From the NCBI GenBank assembly GCA_020184695.1, contig JAANOX010000205.1, positions 620,001 through 684,000 of the forward strand: 64,000 bases of DNA. The letters are read 5' to 3'. Below are positions 12,940 through 23,705 of this stretch, piece by piece. This stretch comes from Histomonas meleagridis 2922-C6/04-290x (taxonomy: Eukaryota; Protista; Parabasalia). The notes beneath the pieces were generated by a model that was not told the DNA's origin, searched no databases, and saw only the letters and a program-made list of their open reading frames with translations. Position numbers and translations under genes: made by a program. Within the stretch, counting starts at the first letter, position 1. Every line of letters begins with the position of its first letter.

Positions 12940-13134
12940 AGGCATGAGAAATTAAATCGCTAGACATTCTGTCTATATATCGTTTTCACGTCGATGAACG
13001 AAATAATGAGCCTTCACAGCACGATGCGACCAAACGTTGAGAAGCCGACAGTGAGAGCGAACCGAATCCCGCTGAGGAAAACACGCATCGAATTCCCAAG
13101 AGAACTACTTAATATGGTAGCAGGCATGAGAAAT
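12940..13134. ncRNA. Candidate structured non-coding RNA of unknown class
   Basis: GC-enriched intergenic island with complementary segments (CGATGCG 13022-13028 / CGCATCG 13084-13090; GTTTTC 12982-12987 / GAAAAC 13077-13082). Flanked by a 13-nt direct repeat AGGCATGAGAAAT. No family match recognised. Confidence 0.3.
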
Positions 13135-13449
13135 GACTCTATAGCAATGATTTTGTAAAGATTTTTTAGAATGCTTTTATTAATTTGAATTATTATTAAT
13201 TTATTTGAACTTGTTTATCAACTACTTTGCTCAGATTCTGATAGGCGACCGAATAGAATCAAAAAAAGATATTATCCTCATTTTTTTATCTAGGTAAAAA
13301 ACTATGCATGCAACGATTACAATACCAAAATAATTATAATCAAAAAAAAATTTAGATAAGGAATTCATCTCATTTCTATATTATTATTAATACTATTAAC
13401 AAAAAACAGTAATAAAGAAATATAATCAGAGTACTTTTACTAATAAAAT

Positions 13450-15432
13450 TCATTTGTGTTCTGGATACATTTTCTCTGAAGCCAAAAGTGCTTCATCATC
13501 TGTTGATGGTTCTGGGAATTTGGGAACATTATAACTTTCTGCAAACTTTCTCCATTCTGTGCCATAGACACCACAATCTGAATAATCAAATATTTCAAAT
13601 CTAAGGTTATCTAATATTGAATGATCAGTGAATGAAAAATCACGATTTTGAGGATCTTTAAACTTAGGATCAGCATAATTGCCAGTATTACTTTTTCCAT
13701 CATTATTTCTGAACCATTTAATTCTATTGCCAAAATCCCAATATAAGTTGCCATGTGCAACAAATGAATGCCATTTCCAATTACCGCAATAAAAGTTTCC
13801 TTTATCTGTAATAAATATATTATTTATAACTATTACTATTGTGTTAATATCATAGTATCCATTAGAAATAAGTCCAATTTTGTTAAATCCTAAAATATTG
13901 TTTTTTACATAACTATTATATCCATAATGAAAATGAATACATCCATCATAAAAATCATGTATAAGATTATATTGAATTATGATATCATTACAATTAATAT
14001 CAAAATAAAGTCCCCATGCTCCAAAATTGTGGCATCCTGCATTATGAACATGGTTATTTTGAATTCGAGCACCTGAATATATATTTGAGATATAAATACA
14101 TCCAATGTCATCAAATAAATTATAACCAATATGATGAACATGATTCTTTTCAATGATTAAATTAACACCTGTATTATCATTTTGCCAACAATTAATTCCA
14201 TCACAAAACATGTCTGTTATTTCATTATATCTAATTTTAGCACCATTATCATCACCAACACGAATTCCATTCTCATGATGAATAAATCTTCCTCCATGTC
14301 GTACAATATTATTTTCAATAAGTGAACTACTTGAACTTCCAAAAACAATTCCGTCACCTCCAAAATCTTCAACAAGACTTTGTTCAATAACACAATTTGT
14401 GCATTTATACATAAAAATAGCACGACAAAATGCATGTCTAAAACTACAATTAATAAATTCAACATTTGTTGATTGATAAACTTCAATCATTTTCATATTA
14501 AGTGTTGCATCACTTGGTAAATTGTCTTCTCTCGTTATTCCTGTTGTTGGCATATTACCTCCTGTGTGACGAAATTCAATATTTTCAACAATAACATTAT
14601 CATATTGAATATACCATAATCTTTTTGTATGTGATGCATAAGCTTTAATATTAGAAAGTATTTCTCCTTCTAATGGATAATAATATAATATTCCATTCTT
14701 TGAAAGAAACCATTCTCCTGGTGTAGTTAAAGCACCTTTAAAGTTTTCAAGATAAAAATATGATTTTCCTCCTTCAATTCCTTGATTATTATTTCCAACA
14801 CTACGTGCCGTAAATGTAATAGCATTTCCATTTATTGATGTAATATATCCTCTTGTTGTTGACCAAGAATGAAAAATTACGATATTAACATCATTTAATT
14901 CTTCAGTTGTCATCCCTTGAAGAAATCGCATTGTTTCAGTTGGTACTTCAACTGTATATGAAATAAAGTCTCCACTTCCTGTTGTTGAAACCGATTTAAT
15001 CGTAGGGAGTGTCCAACTACTTGGAATTCTTGCTCTATGTGTATCATGATCGTTTACCCAAAGTGCTTCAAAACGCCATGAATCAACTTTATTTTCTCCT
15101 GTATCTTGAATAGTTGTAGGAACTTGAGTTTTAAATATACGTGGATTTTGTTCATCTCTTTTCCATTTCGTTGTATTCACCATAAAACCTCCATCAATTA
15201 TAACTTTTCCTTCACCTTTAATTTTAAGAGTACCTTGAATATTACATACCCAATCACCAATGTTAGTCCATTGTGATGATTTATAGACTCCTTCTTTAAC
15301 TGTGATTAATACATCTCCATCTGTTTTAATAGAACTAAGAACACTCCATAAATCTTTATTTGTATTCATTTCAGCATATACTTGAGGATAAAAAATTGAA
15401 TAAGATAGTAAACACAAAAAGAAAAACAGCAT
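13450..15432 (-). CDS. Secreted right-handed parallel beta-helix protein, GH141-like carbohydrate-active enzyme candidate
   Basis: Signal-like MLFFFLCLLSYSIF start at 15432. Motifs LENFKGALTTPGEWF...GILYYYP, NHVHHIG...DDIGCIY and GLYFD...IIIQYN are typical of bacterial beta-helix proteins. Confidence 0.7.
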   Translation of the reverse strand: MLFFFLCLLSYSIFYPQVYAEMNTNKDLWSVLSSIKTDGDVLITVKEGVYKSSQWTNIGDWVCNIQGTLKIKGEGKVIIDGGFMVNTTKWKRDEQNPRIFKTQVPTTIQDTGENKVDSWRFEALWVNDHDTHRARIPSSWTLPTIKSVSTTGSGDFISYTVEVPTETMRFLQGMTTEELNDVNIVIFHSWSTTRGYITSINGNAITFTARSVGNNNQGIEGGKSYFYLENFKGALTTPGEWFLSKNGILYYYPLEGEILSNIKAYASHTKRLWYIQYDNVIVENIEFRHTGGNMPTTGITREDNLPSDATLNMKMIEVYQSTNVEFINCSFRHAFCRAIFMYKCTNCVIEQSLVEDFGGDGIVFGSSSSSLIENNIVRHGGRFIHHENGIRVGDDNGAKIRYNEITDMFCDGINCWQNDNTGVNLIIEKNHVHHIGYNLFDDIGCIYISNIYSGARIQNNHVHNAGCHNFGAWGLYFDINCNDIIIQYNLIHDFYDGCIHFHYGYNSYVKNNILGFNKIGLISNGYYDINTIVIVINNIFITDKGNFYCGNWKWHSFVAHGNLYWDFGNRIKWFRNNDGKSNTGNYADPKFKDPQNRDFSFTDHSILDNLRFEIFDYSDCGVYGTEWRKFAESYNVPKFPEPSTDDEALLASEKMYPEHK

Positions 15433-15957
15433 ACTAAAAAATGATTTGTATTTTGATATTTTGTTAAAATCATATGTTAACAAAAGTTTGATTGAATTTT
15501 ATTTCCCAAATGTAAAATTTAACAATTTAATTCAAGTTAAGAACGTCAGCCGCTTTTTTTATGAGGTTTCTCTAGTAAATACAATGAAATCATGGGGTTG
15601 GATGATAATAAACAATATAAAAAATAAGAAGAAAATAAAATTATCATTAAAAAATCGTACTAACCAATTGAAATTTATTTAATAAAATTTTCAATCGCTA
15701 TAATTGATATGCGAAAATATTTTATCTGAAATCATTAATAAAAATATTCTTTATGATAATGTAAATGTTCTTTTGATATAAGAAGATTGCAAAATAAATA
15801 ATTTTTTTTATATTAACGTTTTTTTGATTAAGAAGAAAAACTGGTTTAGAAATATATCTGGTCAGGAATCAAAAGAAGTTAGCTCTTAGCGTTTTGCGTT
15901 TGTTTTAATGACTTAAGGGGGAAAAAAAAATGATAATTAAAGCGAAAAAGTATTTGT

Positions 15958-16344
15958 TTACTCTGCATTGAACTTAGCAACTGCTTTACCACCTTCAGAA
16001 ACAGCATGTTTAGCAAGATCACCTGGAAGGACAAGGCGAACAGCTGTTTGAATTTCGCGAGATCCGAGGGTGTTACGATCATTCATATCAACAAGTCGAG
16101 CGCCTTCTCTTGCAATACGTTCAAAAATATCTGTAACAAAGTTATTCATAACTAACATAGCCTTGTTAGAAATTCCAATATCTGGATGCACTTGCTTCAA
16201 GACTTTAAAGATATAAGATGAAAAAGATTCATTCCTCTTCTTATGACGTTGCTTCTTTTCTTTTTCTGTTTCTGCTGGAGCTTCTCCTTCAACAGCTGGC
16301 TTCTTTTCAGTTGGGGTTTTTGATGCTGGTTTTTTAGTTGACAT
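15958..16344 (-). CDS. H2B: Histone H2B
   Basis: [27 protein letters not shown]...[22 protein letters not shown]; likely start MSTKK at 16344. Confidence 0.97.
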   Translation of the reverse strand: MSTKKPASKTPTEKKPAVEGEAPAETEKEKKQRHKKRNESFSSYIFKVLKQVHPDIGISNKAMLVMNNFVTDIFERIAREGARLVDMNDRNTLGSREIQTAVRLVLPGDLAKHAVSEGGKAVAKFNAE

Positions 16345-16496
16345 ATAAATTAATGATGAAATTTTAAACCCGCGCTTTTCCAAATTATCTTTCAATGATG
16401 TCATTTTACACCAACAATATTTAAATATAGTTTAAAAATAAAATGGCGCCATTAAATAACACATTTGGCGGGAGAAAAATGAAATCATAATTTTTT

Positions 16497-16898
16497 ATGC
16501 CAGCTAAGAAAGGTGTTAAGAAAACAGCTACAAAGACAGCAGTTGATGGAGAACGTTCTCATCCAAAGACAAGGTCAAGTCGTGCAGGACTTCAATTCCC
16601 AGTCGGTCGTTTACATCGTTTCCTTCGTGAAGGTCGTTATGGAGATCGTGTTGGTGCAGGTGCTCCAGTTTTCATGGCTGCAGTTCTTGAATATCTTACT
16701 GTTGAAGTTCTTGAACTTGCAGGAAATGCAGCAAGAGATAACAAGAAGACAAGAATTTCACCACGTCACATTATGCTTGCGATTCGTAATGATGAAGAAT
16801 TAAATCAACTTCTTTCTAATATTACAATTGCATCTGCAGGTGTTGTTCCACATATTCATAAAGTTCTTCTTGGCCAAACAAAGAAGAAGGAAGAATAA
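16497..16898 (+). CDS. H2A: Histone H2A, divergently paired with H2B
   Basis: [20 protein letters not shown]...[30 protein letters not shown]; no C-terminal SQ motif. Confidence 0.97.
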   Translation: MPAKKGVKKTATKTAVDGERSHPKTRSSRAGLQFPVGRLHRFLREGRYGDRVGAGAPVFMAAVLEYLTVEVLELAGNAARDNKKTRISPRHIMLAIRNDEELNQLLSNITIASAGVVPHIHKVLLGQTKKKEE

Positions 16899-17203
16899 AT
16901 AAAATTTAATGTCGTTTGAAATAGCTTTGAATTTTCATCCAAATTTTTATCAAAAAATTAATTTTATGATTTTTTGATTTACAAAAAATATAAAATCAGG
17001 GGATACATCAACAACTTCATTACAAAGATTACTATCAAAACTCATAGTTTAAAATGTGAAAATATTTTTTCTTCATTTGTGATGAAACATTTTCTTCATG
17101 TATACGGTTTAATATTTGAATTTTGAAAGGACAATTCAAAAATCCCGCAAAAATAATGTACGTTTAATTTTTATAGCGGGAAAAACAAAAAATTTTTGGT
17201 GCA

Positions 17204-20200
17204 ATGTCAAATTTACAAAATAATCAACTTTATCAACTCTACATAGCTTTTAGTGAAGCTTCGAAAGATCCACTAAAATCCCAATTCTTAAATGAAATAT
17301 CCAATCAGATTCTTAATATTTATCAATCTCCTGATTCAATTATTTTTACCATTACTATTCTTCATGATCACCAAGCCCAAAATGAAATAAAAATGAGAGC
17401 TGCAATCGGACTTAAAAATGTTGTATGTAATCATTTATCAATTTTTCTTTCTAATCAACCAGGGGAACAAATTCTCACCGAAATTGCTCAGATCCTATCT
17501 GAAGAAACTGATGTCCAAATTGCCAAAAATATAATTCATGCTTTAATCCCAATTTTTGAGCAATTAGGAGAAAGTTGGACTGGTATTGCCGAGTTGATCT
17601 CAAAAATGCTTTCTACTAATGATATCCAAAAGACAATCATATCCATCAATTTATTGTCAAACTTTATTATTAATGCTCAATCAAATTATGTTGTTAGCAT
17701 ATTAGAAAATTTACTTCAATTAATAAATCAGTCTCTTGACTCTAACAATTTAGATCTTGTTATTGGTGGCTTTGAATTATTTTCATCCATTCAACAAACA
17801 AACATTCCACACTCGCGTTTTTCGGCAGCGTTTGCTCCAATATATCAAAAAATGCTTCATCTTTATCTTATGATGCTTATTCAACAAAATCAATATTCAG
17901 CTCAAGCTTCCAATTTCCTAGCCTCTTCAATCAACAGTGAAGTGCCTTTTGATTCTCCTTTAAATCTTTTCAATTGTTTTCTTCAAATTCTCCAAAATCC
18001 GCAAATTCCAAATCATCTTCGTATTCTTCCACTTTTCCCCATCAAACGAATCATTAAATATTATGGTCCGCAAGTACGTCAACTATTTCCAACATCCATT
18101 CCAATTATTATCCAAGTTTCAGCTCTTCAATTTACTGATTCTGGCTATGAGGGCGAAAGCGATAGTCATTTTATATATCACATTTTCAAAAAAATTGCGA
18201 TTGCTTCCAAATCAGAAGATATTATTAAGTCACTTATTCAATTAGCTAATAGTACAACAGATCCGTCACTTTCATATGCGACGTTATCAGCATTTCATGG
18301 CTGTATCAATGTCTCTGTTGAACAAATACAACTTTTACTCAAAGATATCATTGAAATGTTATATCATAAGATCCAATTAAATAATATATCGGTTATTGAA
18401 TTATCATTAGTTATAATAAAATCATTAGCAGAAAGTCAATATGAAACATTTTCGGAATATGCCGAACAAATATTACGTGATATTACACCATTTTATAGGG
18501 TCAATCCTGAACTTACAAAAATCGTATTAGAATTAATCACAACGATATTATCTAATGTTGATTTAGAGTCATCATTTATAGCATCAATGTTACCTAATAT
18601 ATTAAGTCTGTTTCAAGAAATACCAATTCTTAAATCTGATATATTATATGTTATCTCTGATATAGTAGTAGCATGTCCAGAAGTATTATTAATTACACAA
18701 GAACAAGGGCAAACATTTGCAGAAGTTATATTACCAATTGTTTGGAACAATGGTAAATTTGATACTAATGAAGAAGAAGATTTAATACTTCAATGTTCAC
18801 GTGTTGAAGCACTTGGTAATTTAATAGTATATGCGCCAGAGATATGTCAATGTATAATGGAAGAAGCTATTTCAATGATATTAAGTCTTACATCTGTCGA
18901 TGATTTATCTATACGAGATGCGAGTTTACGAATCATTACAAAATTAATCAAAAATCGTAAAGACACTTTACAGCCAGAGTTTTATAACTTTTCGGCGTTA
19001 ATTGTTGTTACTTCTTTTGGTATTAAAATTGATGGTGAAGAAGATATATATTCAAATACAATATCAGCGGGGAATATAATCATTGATAGTTTTGACCTTT
19101 TACATCAAGTAGTTAAATATTCCAAAAATTCATGCGTTAATTTAATACCTGCTTTTTTACAAGGGTTTAAAGATTTTGTTAATTTGGATTCATTTCCTGA
19201 AATAGAAATATCGGCGATTAAATGCGCAGCGAAATTCTTTTCAATATTTAATGAAATCGAAACACAATTCATTGATAACTTAGAAAATCATATTTCGAAT
19301 AATAAAAAAGAAGATGTTGTTGAAGCTTCATTTAATGCATATCGGAAATTACTTGAATCAAATAATGTATTAGCTATCAATAAATGGAATAACTTCTTAC
19401 AATTAGCATTCCATGCATTATTAAGACAATTACCATTCCAAACTTCGTCATGTATTGATGAAGAAAATCGTTATAATTATATCCCTTCGATAATGGAATC
19501 TGTTCATTCATTAATATGTTATATGATGAAAGTTAACTTTAATAATTTCCCTTCAAATGATTTCATTCAAGTTGTTTCATCATTAATACCAAAAGTTCAA
19601 CCGATTGAAGTTAATGCATTACTTGGAGTAATGGGTGACTTTGTATCTTTTGGTGGACGTGTTGATATTAATTATGTTATATTATGTGTCCAAAAACTTG
19701 AAAATTTCGATTTTAATTCTCCTTCTGATCCGATTTATTTCTTTAGGACATTAATTAATAATCAACCTGATTTAGTGAAAGATTATATTAATAAATTTAT
19801 TGAGTTTTGCGTTACAAAATTACAAGATCAAAACCAAAGTGGTACTTATTATTGGAGTTCGATCACAAATATTTGCGCTGCTTTATTGGATATATTAAAG
19901 AATTCCGACTTCGCGAACGAAATGGATCAAATTTGTTTCGGATTAATACTGAAAAAATTGCCTGTCAAAGGCGATTACGATGAAGGAATGTTTATATATA
20001 ACACAATTCTAAGTATTTGGAATAGAGCAAATAACATTTTGGCTAAGTTCACGCCCGATTTGTTCGTTGGAATTATTCAGACTTTGGCACTCAAAACGAA
20101 AAATTTCGTTAAGTATAAATTTAATAACGAAACAGTCGAAAATATGGTAAAGTTCGTCGCGTTGGTGCTGACGCAGTTCCCCGACTGGAAACAGCAAATT

Positions 20201-20272
20201 TTCGTCATTTTGAATAACGACCAATTCAAAATTGCAAAAGTTTTGCAGTTTTTGCCAATGTTACAAAAATAG
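17204..20272 (+). CDS. HEAT-repeat protein, importin-beta/karyopherin-like
   Basis: 1022 aa all-helical ORF with an N-terminal IBN_N-like segment (EIKMRAAIGLKNVV). Confidence 0.6.
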   Translation: MSNLQNNQLYQLYIAFSEASKDPLKSQFLNEISNQILNIYQSPDSIIFTITILHDHQAQNEIKMRAAIGLKNVVCNHLSIFLSNQPGEQILTEIAQILSEETDVQIAKNIIHALIPIFEQLGESWTGIAELISKMLSTNDIQKTIISINLLSNFIINAQSNYVVSILENLLQLINQSLDSNNLDLVIGGFELFSSIQQTNIPHSRFSAAFAPIYQKMLHLYLMMLIQQNQYSAQASNFLASSINSEVPFDSPLNLFNCFLQILQNPQIPNHLRILPLFPIKRIIKYYGPQVRQLFPTSIPIIIQVSALQFTDSGYEGESDSHFIYHIFKKIAIASKSEDIIKSLIQLANSTTDPSLSYATLSAFHGCINVSVEQIQLLLKDIIEMLYHKIQLNNISVIELSLVIIKSLAESQYETFSEYAEQILRDITPFYRVNPELTKIVLELITTILSNVDLESSFIASMLPNILSLFQEIPILKSDILYVISDIVVACPEVLLITQEQGQTFAEVILPIVWNNGKFDTNEEEDLILQCSRVEALGNLIVYAPEICQCIMEEAISMILSLTSVDDLSIRDASLRIITKLIKNRKDTLQPEFYNFSALIVVTSFGIKIDGEEDIYSNTISAGNIIIDSFDLLHQVVKYSKNSCVNLIPAFLQGFKDFVNLDSFPEIEISAIKCAAKFFSIFNEIETQFIDNLENHISNNKKEDVVEASFNAYRKLLESNNVLAINKWNNFLQLAFHALLRQLPFQTSSCIDEENRYNYIPSIMESVHSLICYMMKVNFNNFPSNDFIQVVSSLIPKVQPIEVNALLGVMGDFVSFGGRVDINYVILCVQKLENFDFNSPSDPIYFFRTLINNQPDLVKDYINKFIEFCVTKLQDQNQSGTYYWSSITNICAALLDILKNSDFANEMDQICFGLILKKLPVKGDYDEGMFIYNTILSIWNRANNILAKFTPDLFVGIIQTLALKTKNFVKYKFNNETVENMVKFVALVLTQFPDWKQQIFVILNNDQFKIAKVLQFLPMLQK

Positions 20273-20811
20273 GAAATTGTAATGTTTTCTTCTTCTAAAA
20301 ATTAATGTAATCTGAATTTGCTTTTGACTTTTGGGCGTTCTCTAAATTTTGGTTGTATTAATCTATAGATATACATAAACAAGTACCAACGAACTCTAAG
20401 ACAGAAATTCATTTTAAATATAAATTTATACGCACAATCAATAATAATGATCAGGCTCATAAAAAACTTTTTAACACGATTATACAGCAAAAAATTTTAT
20501 ATTTTTAATTTACGCAGAACTATTAATATTAATATCCAATAATCTTTCAAAATACCATTGTTGTGCACACTTAAATTGTATGCAATTCCTATTTTTATAC
20601 ATATTCATCGATCAAATTCTCATTTCTCATTTAACAATATTTGCTAAATCTCAAAAAGTGTCTACTTGCCAAACAACATTCGCCTGATAAAATAAAATAT
20701 AACCAAAATTATTATATGTAAAAACATTTTCTAATTTCTCATTATACTTCAGACATCACTTTGAGATTTTAATAAATTTTTTGATTATTTGCCATGTAAA
20801 AGATATTATTT

Positions 20812-21798
20812 TTACTCTAGTGCGAGGCCCTCGGAGTCTCCTGGTGACTTACCAGCTCTTGGCGGTGTGCCTGGGCGCTCGATTATGATGTCGCTATCAT
20901 CGACGATCGGCTCCAAGATTTGGAATGTGCAGAACAAGTTTTCGTCGACTGTCAAAATAGCGCCTTTATTTTCGAATTCGTAACAATAATTTGGCGCAGA
21001 GAACAATGTCACAACGCTTTGGTTTGGATAAAATGGAAAGTCATAACCGTTCATAACCGCTTGATGCGCTCGACAAATTAAATCGAAACCAAATTGTTGG
21101 AGTAAATCCTCAACAGGACGTGCACCGAAGCATACACTAGTTCCACGGTCATTCTCTTCCCATGTCTCGATCTCTCCGTCTGGATCTGACCATAGTAAAT
21201 CACAAAGAAGACCTTCTTCTGGAACTTCCATTGGTCGCTGTAAGTTCCTGATGTCATCAAGTGAGTTTAAGCTGGGCGAAATTCCTCCATGAATACAAAA
21301 GATTTTTTCATCAATAATGGCTGCAATAGGAAGACAATTAAAGACATCACAAAACTTCTTCCAGATAGAAAGATTGTACTGCTCAATGCAATCATCATAA
21401 AAACCATAAAGTCTGTTGATGTATGAACATTCATGATTTCCACGAAGCATGTAGAAATCGTTTGGATACATGATCTTATAACAGAAAAGAAGACAAACAG
21501 TTTCTATACTTTGAGCTCCTCTATCAACATAATCACCGAGAAATAGATATCTTGTTTCTGGTGGAAGTTTTCCTAGCTTCAAGAGACGTAAAAGGTCGTG
21601 ATACTGTCCATGTGTATCTCCGCAGATTGTAAGAGGTGGTGCAAGCTCCAAAAGGACTGGTTGATCTAAAAAGATTTTTTTCACTGAAGAAAGAATCCAC
21701 TCAATTTCTTCGAAAGACAATCCTGCAGGAACTGTTTTTGGCTCGTTCTCTATTGACCAAAGCTTTGCCACTATATCCTTAACATTCTGCTCAGACAT
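20812..21798 (-). CDS. PP1: Ser/Thr protein phosphatase PP1-type catalytic subunit
   Basis: GDTHGQ, GDYVDRG, RGNHE and SAPNYC motifs; likely start MSEQ at 21798. Confidence 0.92.
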   Translation of the reverse strand: MSEQNVKDIVAKLWSIENEPKTVPAGLSFEEIEWILSSVKKIFLDQPVLLELAPPLTICGDTHGQYHDLLRLLKLGKLPPETRYLFLGDYVDRGAQSIETVCLLFCYKIMYPNDFYMLRGNHECSYINRLYGFYDDCIEQYNLSIWKKFCDVFNCLPIAAIIDEKIFCIHGGISPSLNSLDDIRNLQRPMEVPEEGLLCDLLWSDPDGEIETWEENDRGTSVCFGARPVEDLLQQFGFDLICRAHQAVMNGYDFPFYPNQSVVTLFSAPNYCYEFENKGAILTVDENLFCTFQILEPIVDDSDIIIERPGTPPRAGKSPGDSEGLALE

Positions 21799-22751
21799 TT
21801 CTCTAAAAATAATAAAGCCAAAAAATTGTGTAATCCGTTTGCAGCGGTTTATTTCAAAATTTAGAAGTAAATTTCTGACAGTATATCGGCAGCTGATCAT
21901 TCGTGAACATTTATTATCGTACAATTATAATAAAGACTGTATGACCTAATCCTTTTGCGAACATCTTTTTATTTCTTTCCCTTACTAGTTCGTATTTCAA
22001 AAAAAAAGTTAAGGAAAAATGTCAAATAATTTATGAAAATATATATTGTTAACAAAAATAAAAAATTAGAACATTAGGAACTAAATGATATTATGTTTAT
22101 AGTTGTGCTCTTCTAGAAGTAAAGATGAAATTTATTTTAAATAAATTAGTTTGATATTTTTTTATTAAACACTAATAAAATCAGTCACGAGGTCATTTTC
22201 ATAAAGATGGTGAAAGATTTCATTTCGATGAATTTTATTAAAGTCAAATTCATTATGTGATTACATTTCTTGAAGCTTTTCTAAATCACTACTTCGAAAT
22301 TCTTTCTCAATTTCTAATTAACTTGATATCAAATCTATTTTAGAGATTTATTTCATTTATCACTAAATGCTCATTTGCTTTCAATGCCAAAGATAAACAA
22401 TAGTTAAAAGGAGCAAAAAAACTGTTTAATAAATGTGTGGCAGGAAAATCGCTAAAGTTTTACTTGAATTATCATATTTCTCAACAATGCCAAGCATTGG
22501 ATCAGACATAAAATATGTTATATCTTTTTCTTTCCTTAAATGGATTGATGAAAAATGTTTTAGAAAATTTATAACATGTAAAAAAAAAAAAAAAAATATA
22601 TAATTATCATGCTATATGGCAAGATCTACTTATGATTGAATTTTTTCTTTTTTCACTTTGAGTAAATTTATTCAATAAGTTTTTTAGAATGATATCAATT
22701 CTTTACCAAAATGGAAAGAATTCCATGCGATTATTTGCTTTATCTGTTATC

Positions 22752-23600
22752 TCATCTTGGATTCCTTCTTTTCCGAAACATTTCAATTATTTCAGTATAA
22801 TCATTTTCTTTTGCATACATGTATGCTGTTCAAAATACTTTATATAATTTTCAAATATAATTTTAAAATCCAAAAAAATTTGGACAAACATTAAGTACTA
22901 TAAATAAATATCTTTAGCATTAATATCAATTACTTCTTGGATTAAAATATATTTAACAAGTTCAATATTTCCTGACTCTGATGAATCTATTAATATATTT
23001 TTCGGAATTTGATTACTTTCAAGAATATGTTTAATGAGAAATATGTTTTTTCCAATTCTTACTGCTTCATTAATAATGTTTTCGCTAATTGGCATCAATT
23101 CTTTGTGTAAAAATATAAAAATTTCATAATTATGAGATGAAATACACTTCTTTCCTAAATCTTCTAATTTTTTTCTGACATATTTTATTTTCATATATAT
23201 ATTTAAAGATATCATTTCGATGAAACATAATTGCTGTTTCATATGCACCTTCAAATGATGAATGATTTTGTTCACATAAATGAATGATTTCTTCATTTCC
23301 ACCTGCAACTGCATATTTACCTGTGTTATTTACATTTGAATTATTCATAAGTAAATATTTAAAACATTTAATTGACCCAAAAAATGCTGCATAATCAATT
23401 AATGTAACATTTCTTTGATTAATAAATGAACATCTTTCATAAAGTGATGGTTCAATTTTTTGATTAAAATCAAAATCATTTTGTGCTGATATTTCTTGAA
23501 GTTTTTCTATTTCATCTTTTCGAATTATTTTTGCAATTTCTCATGAAATTCCCAATCATTCTTTGATAGTTCTTCATAATTATATACTACATTATAATTA
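22752..23600 (-). pseudogene. Degenerate DUF3447-type/ankyrin gene, paralogue of 36291-38611
   Basis: Frameshifted fragments (LYERCSFINQ..TLIDYAAFFG; YAVAGGNEEIIHLCEQN; DINAKD). One ankyrin loop has four 17-nt elements (22830-22909) and a TGA at the codon before TAY. The 5' boundary is approximate. Confidence 0.7.
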
Positions 23601-23705
23601 ATATAAATCTACGAACGTTTGTTCGATAAATTGACAAACAAGTTCACAATTTTTATATAAAAACGGTTTAAATCGTTATTCACACAAACCCAATCTTTGT
23701 GAACA

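Noticed and set aside
12961-13090. U3 snoRNA
   Set aside because: A box B-like GAGAAGCCG is present, but there is no box A sequence (CAGGATCA-like) complementary to the 18S 5' end.
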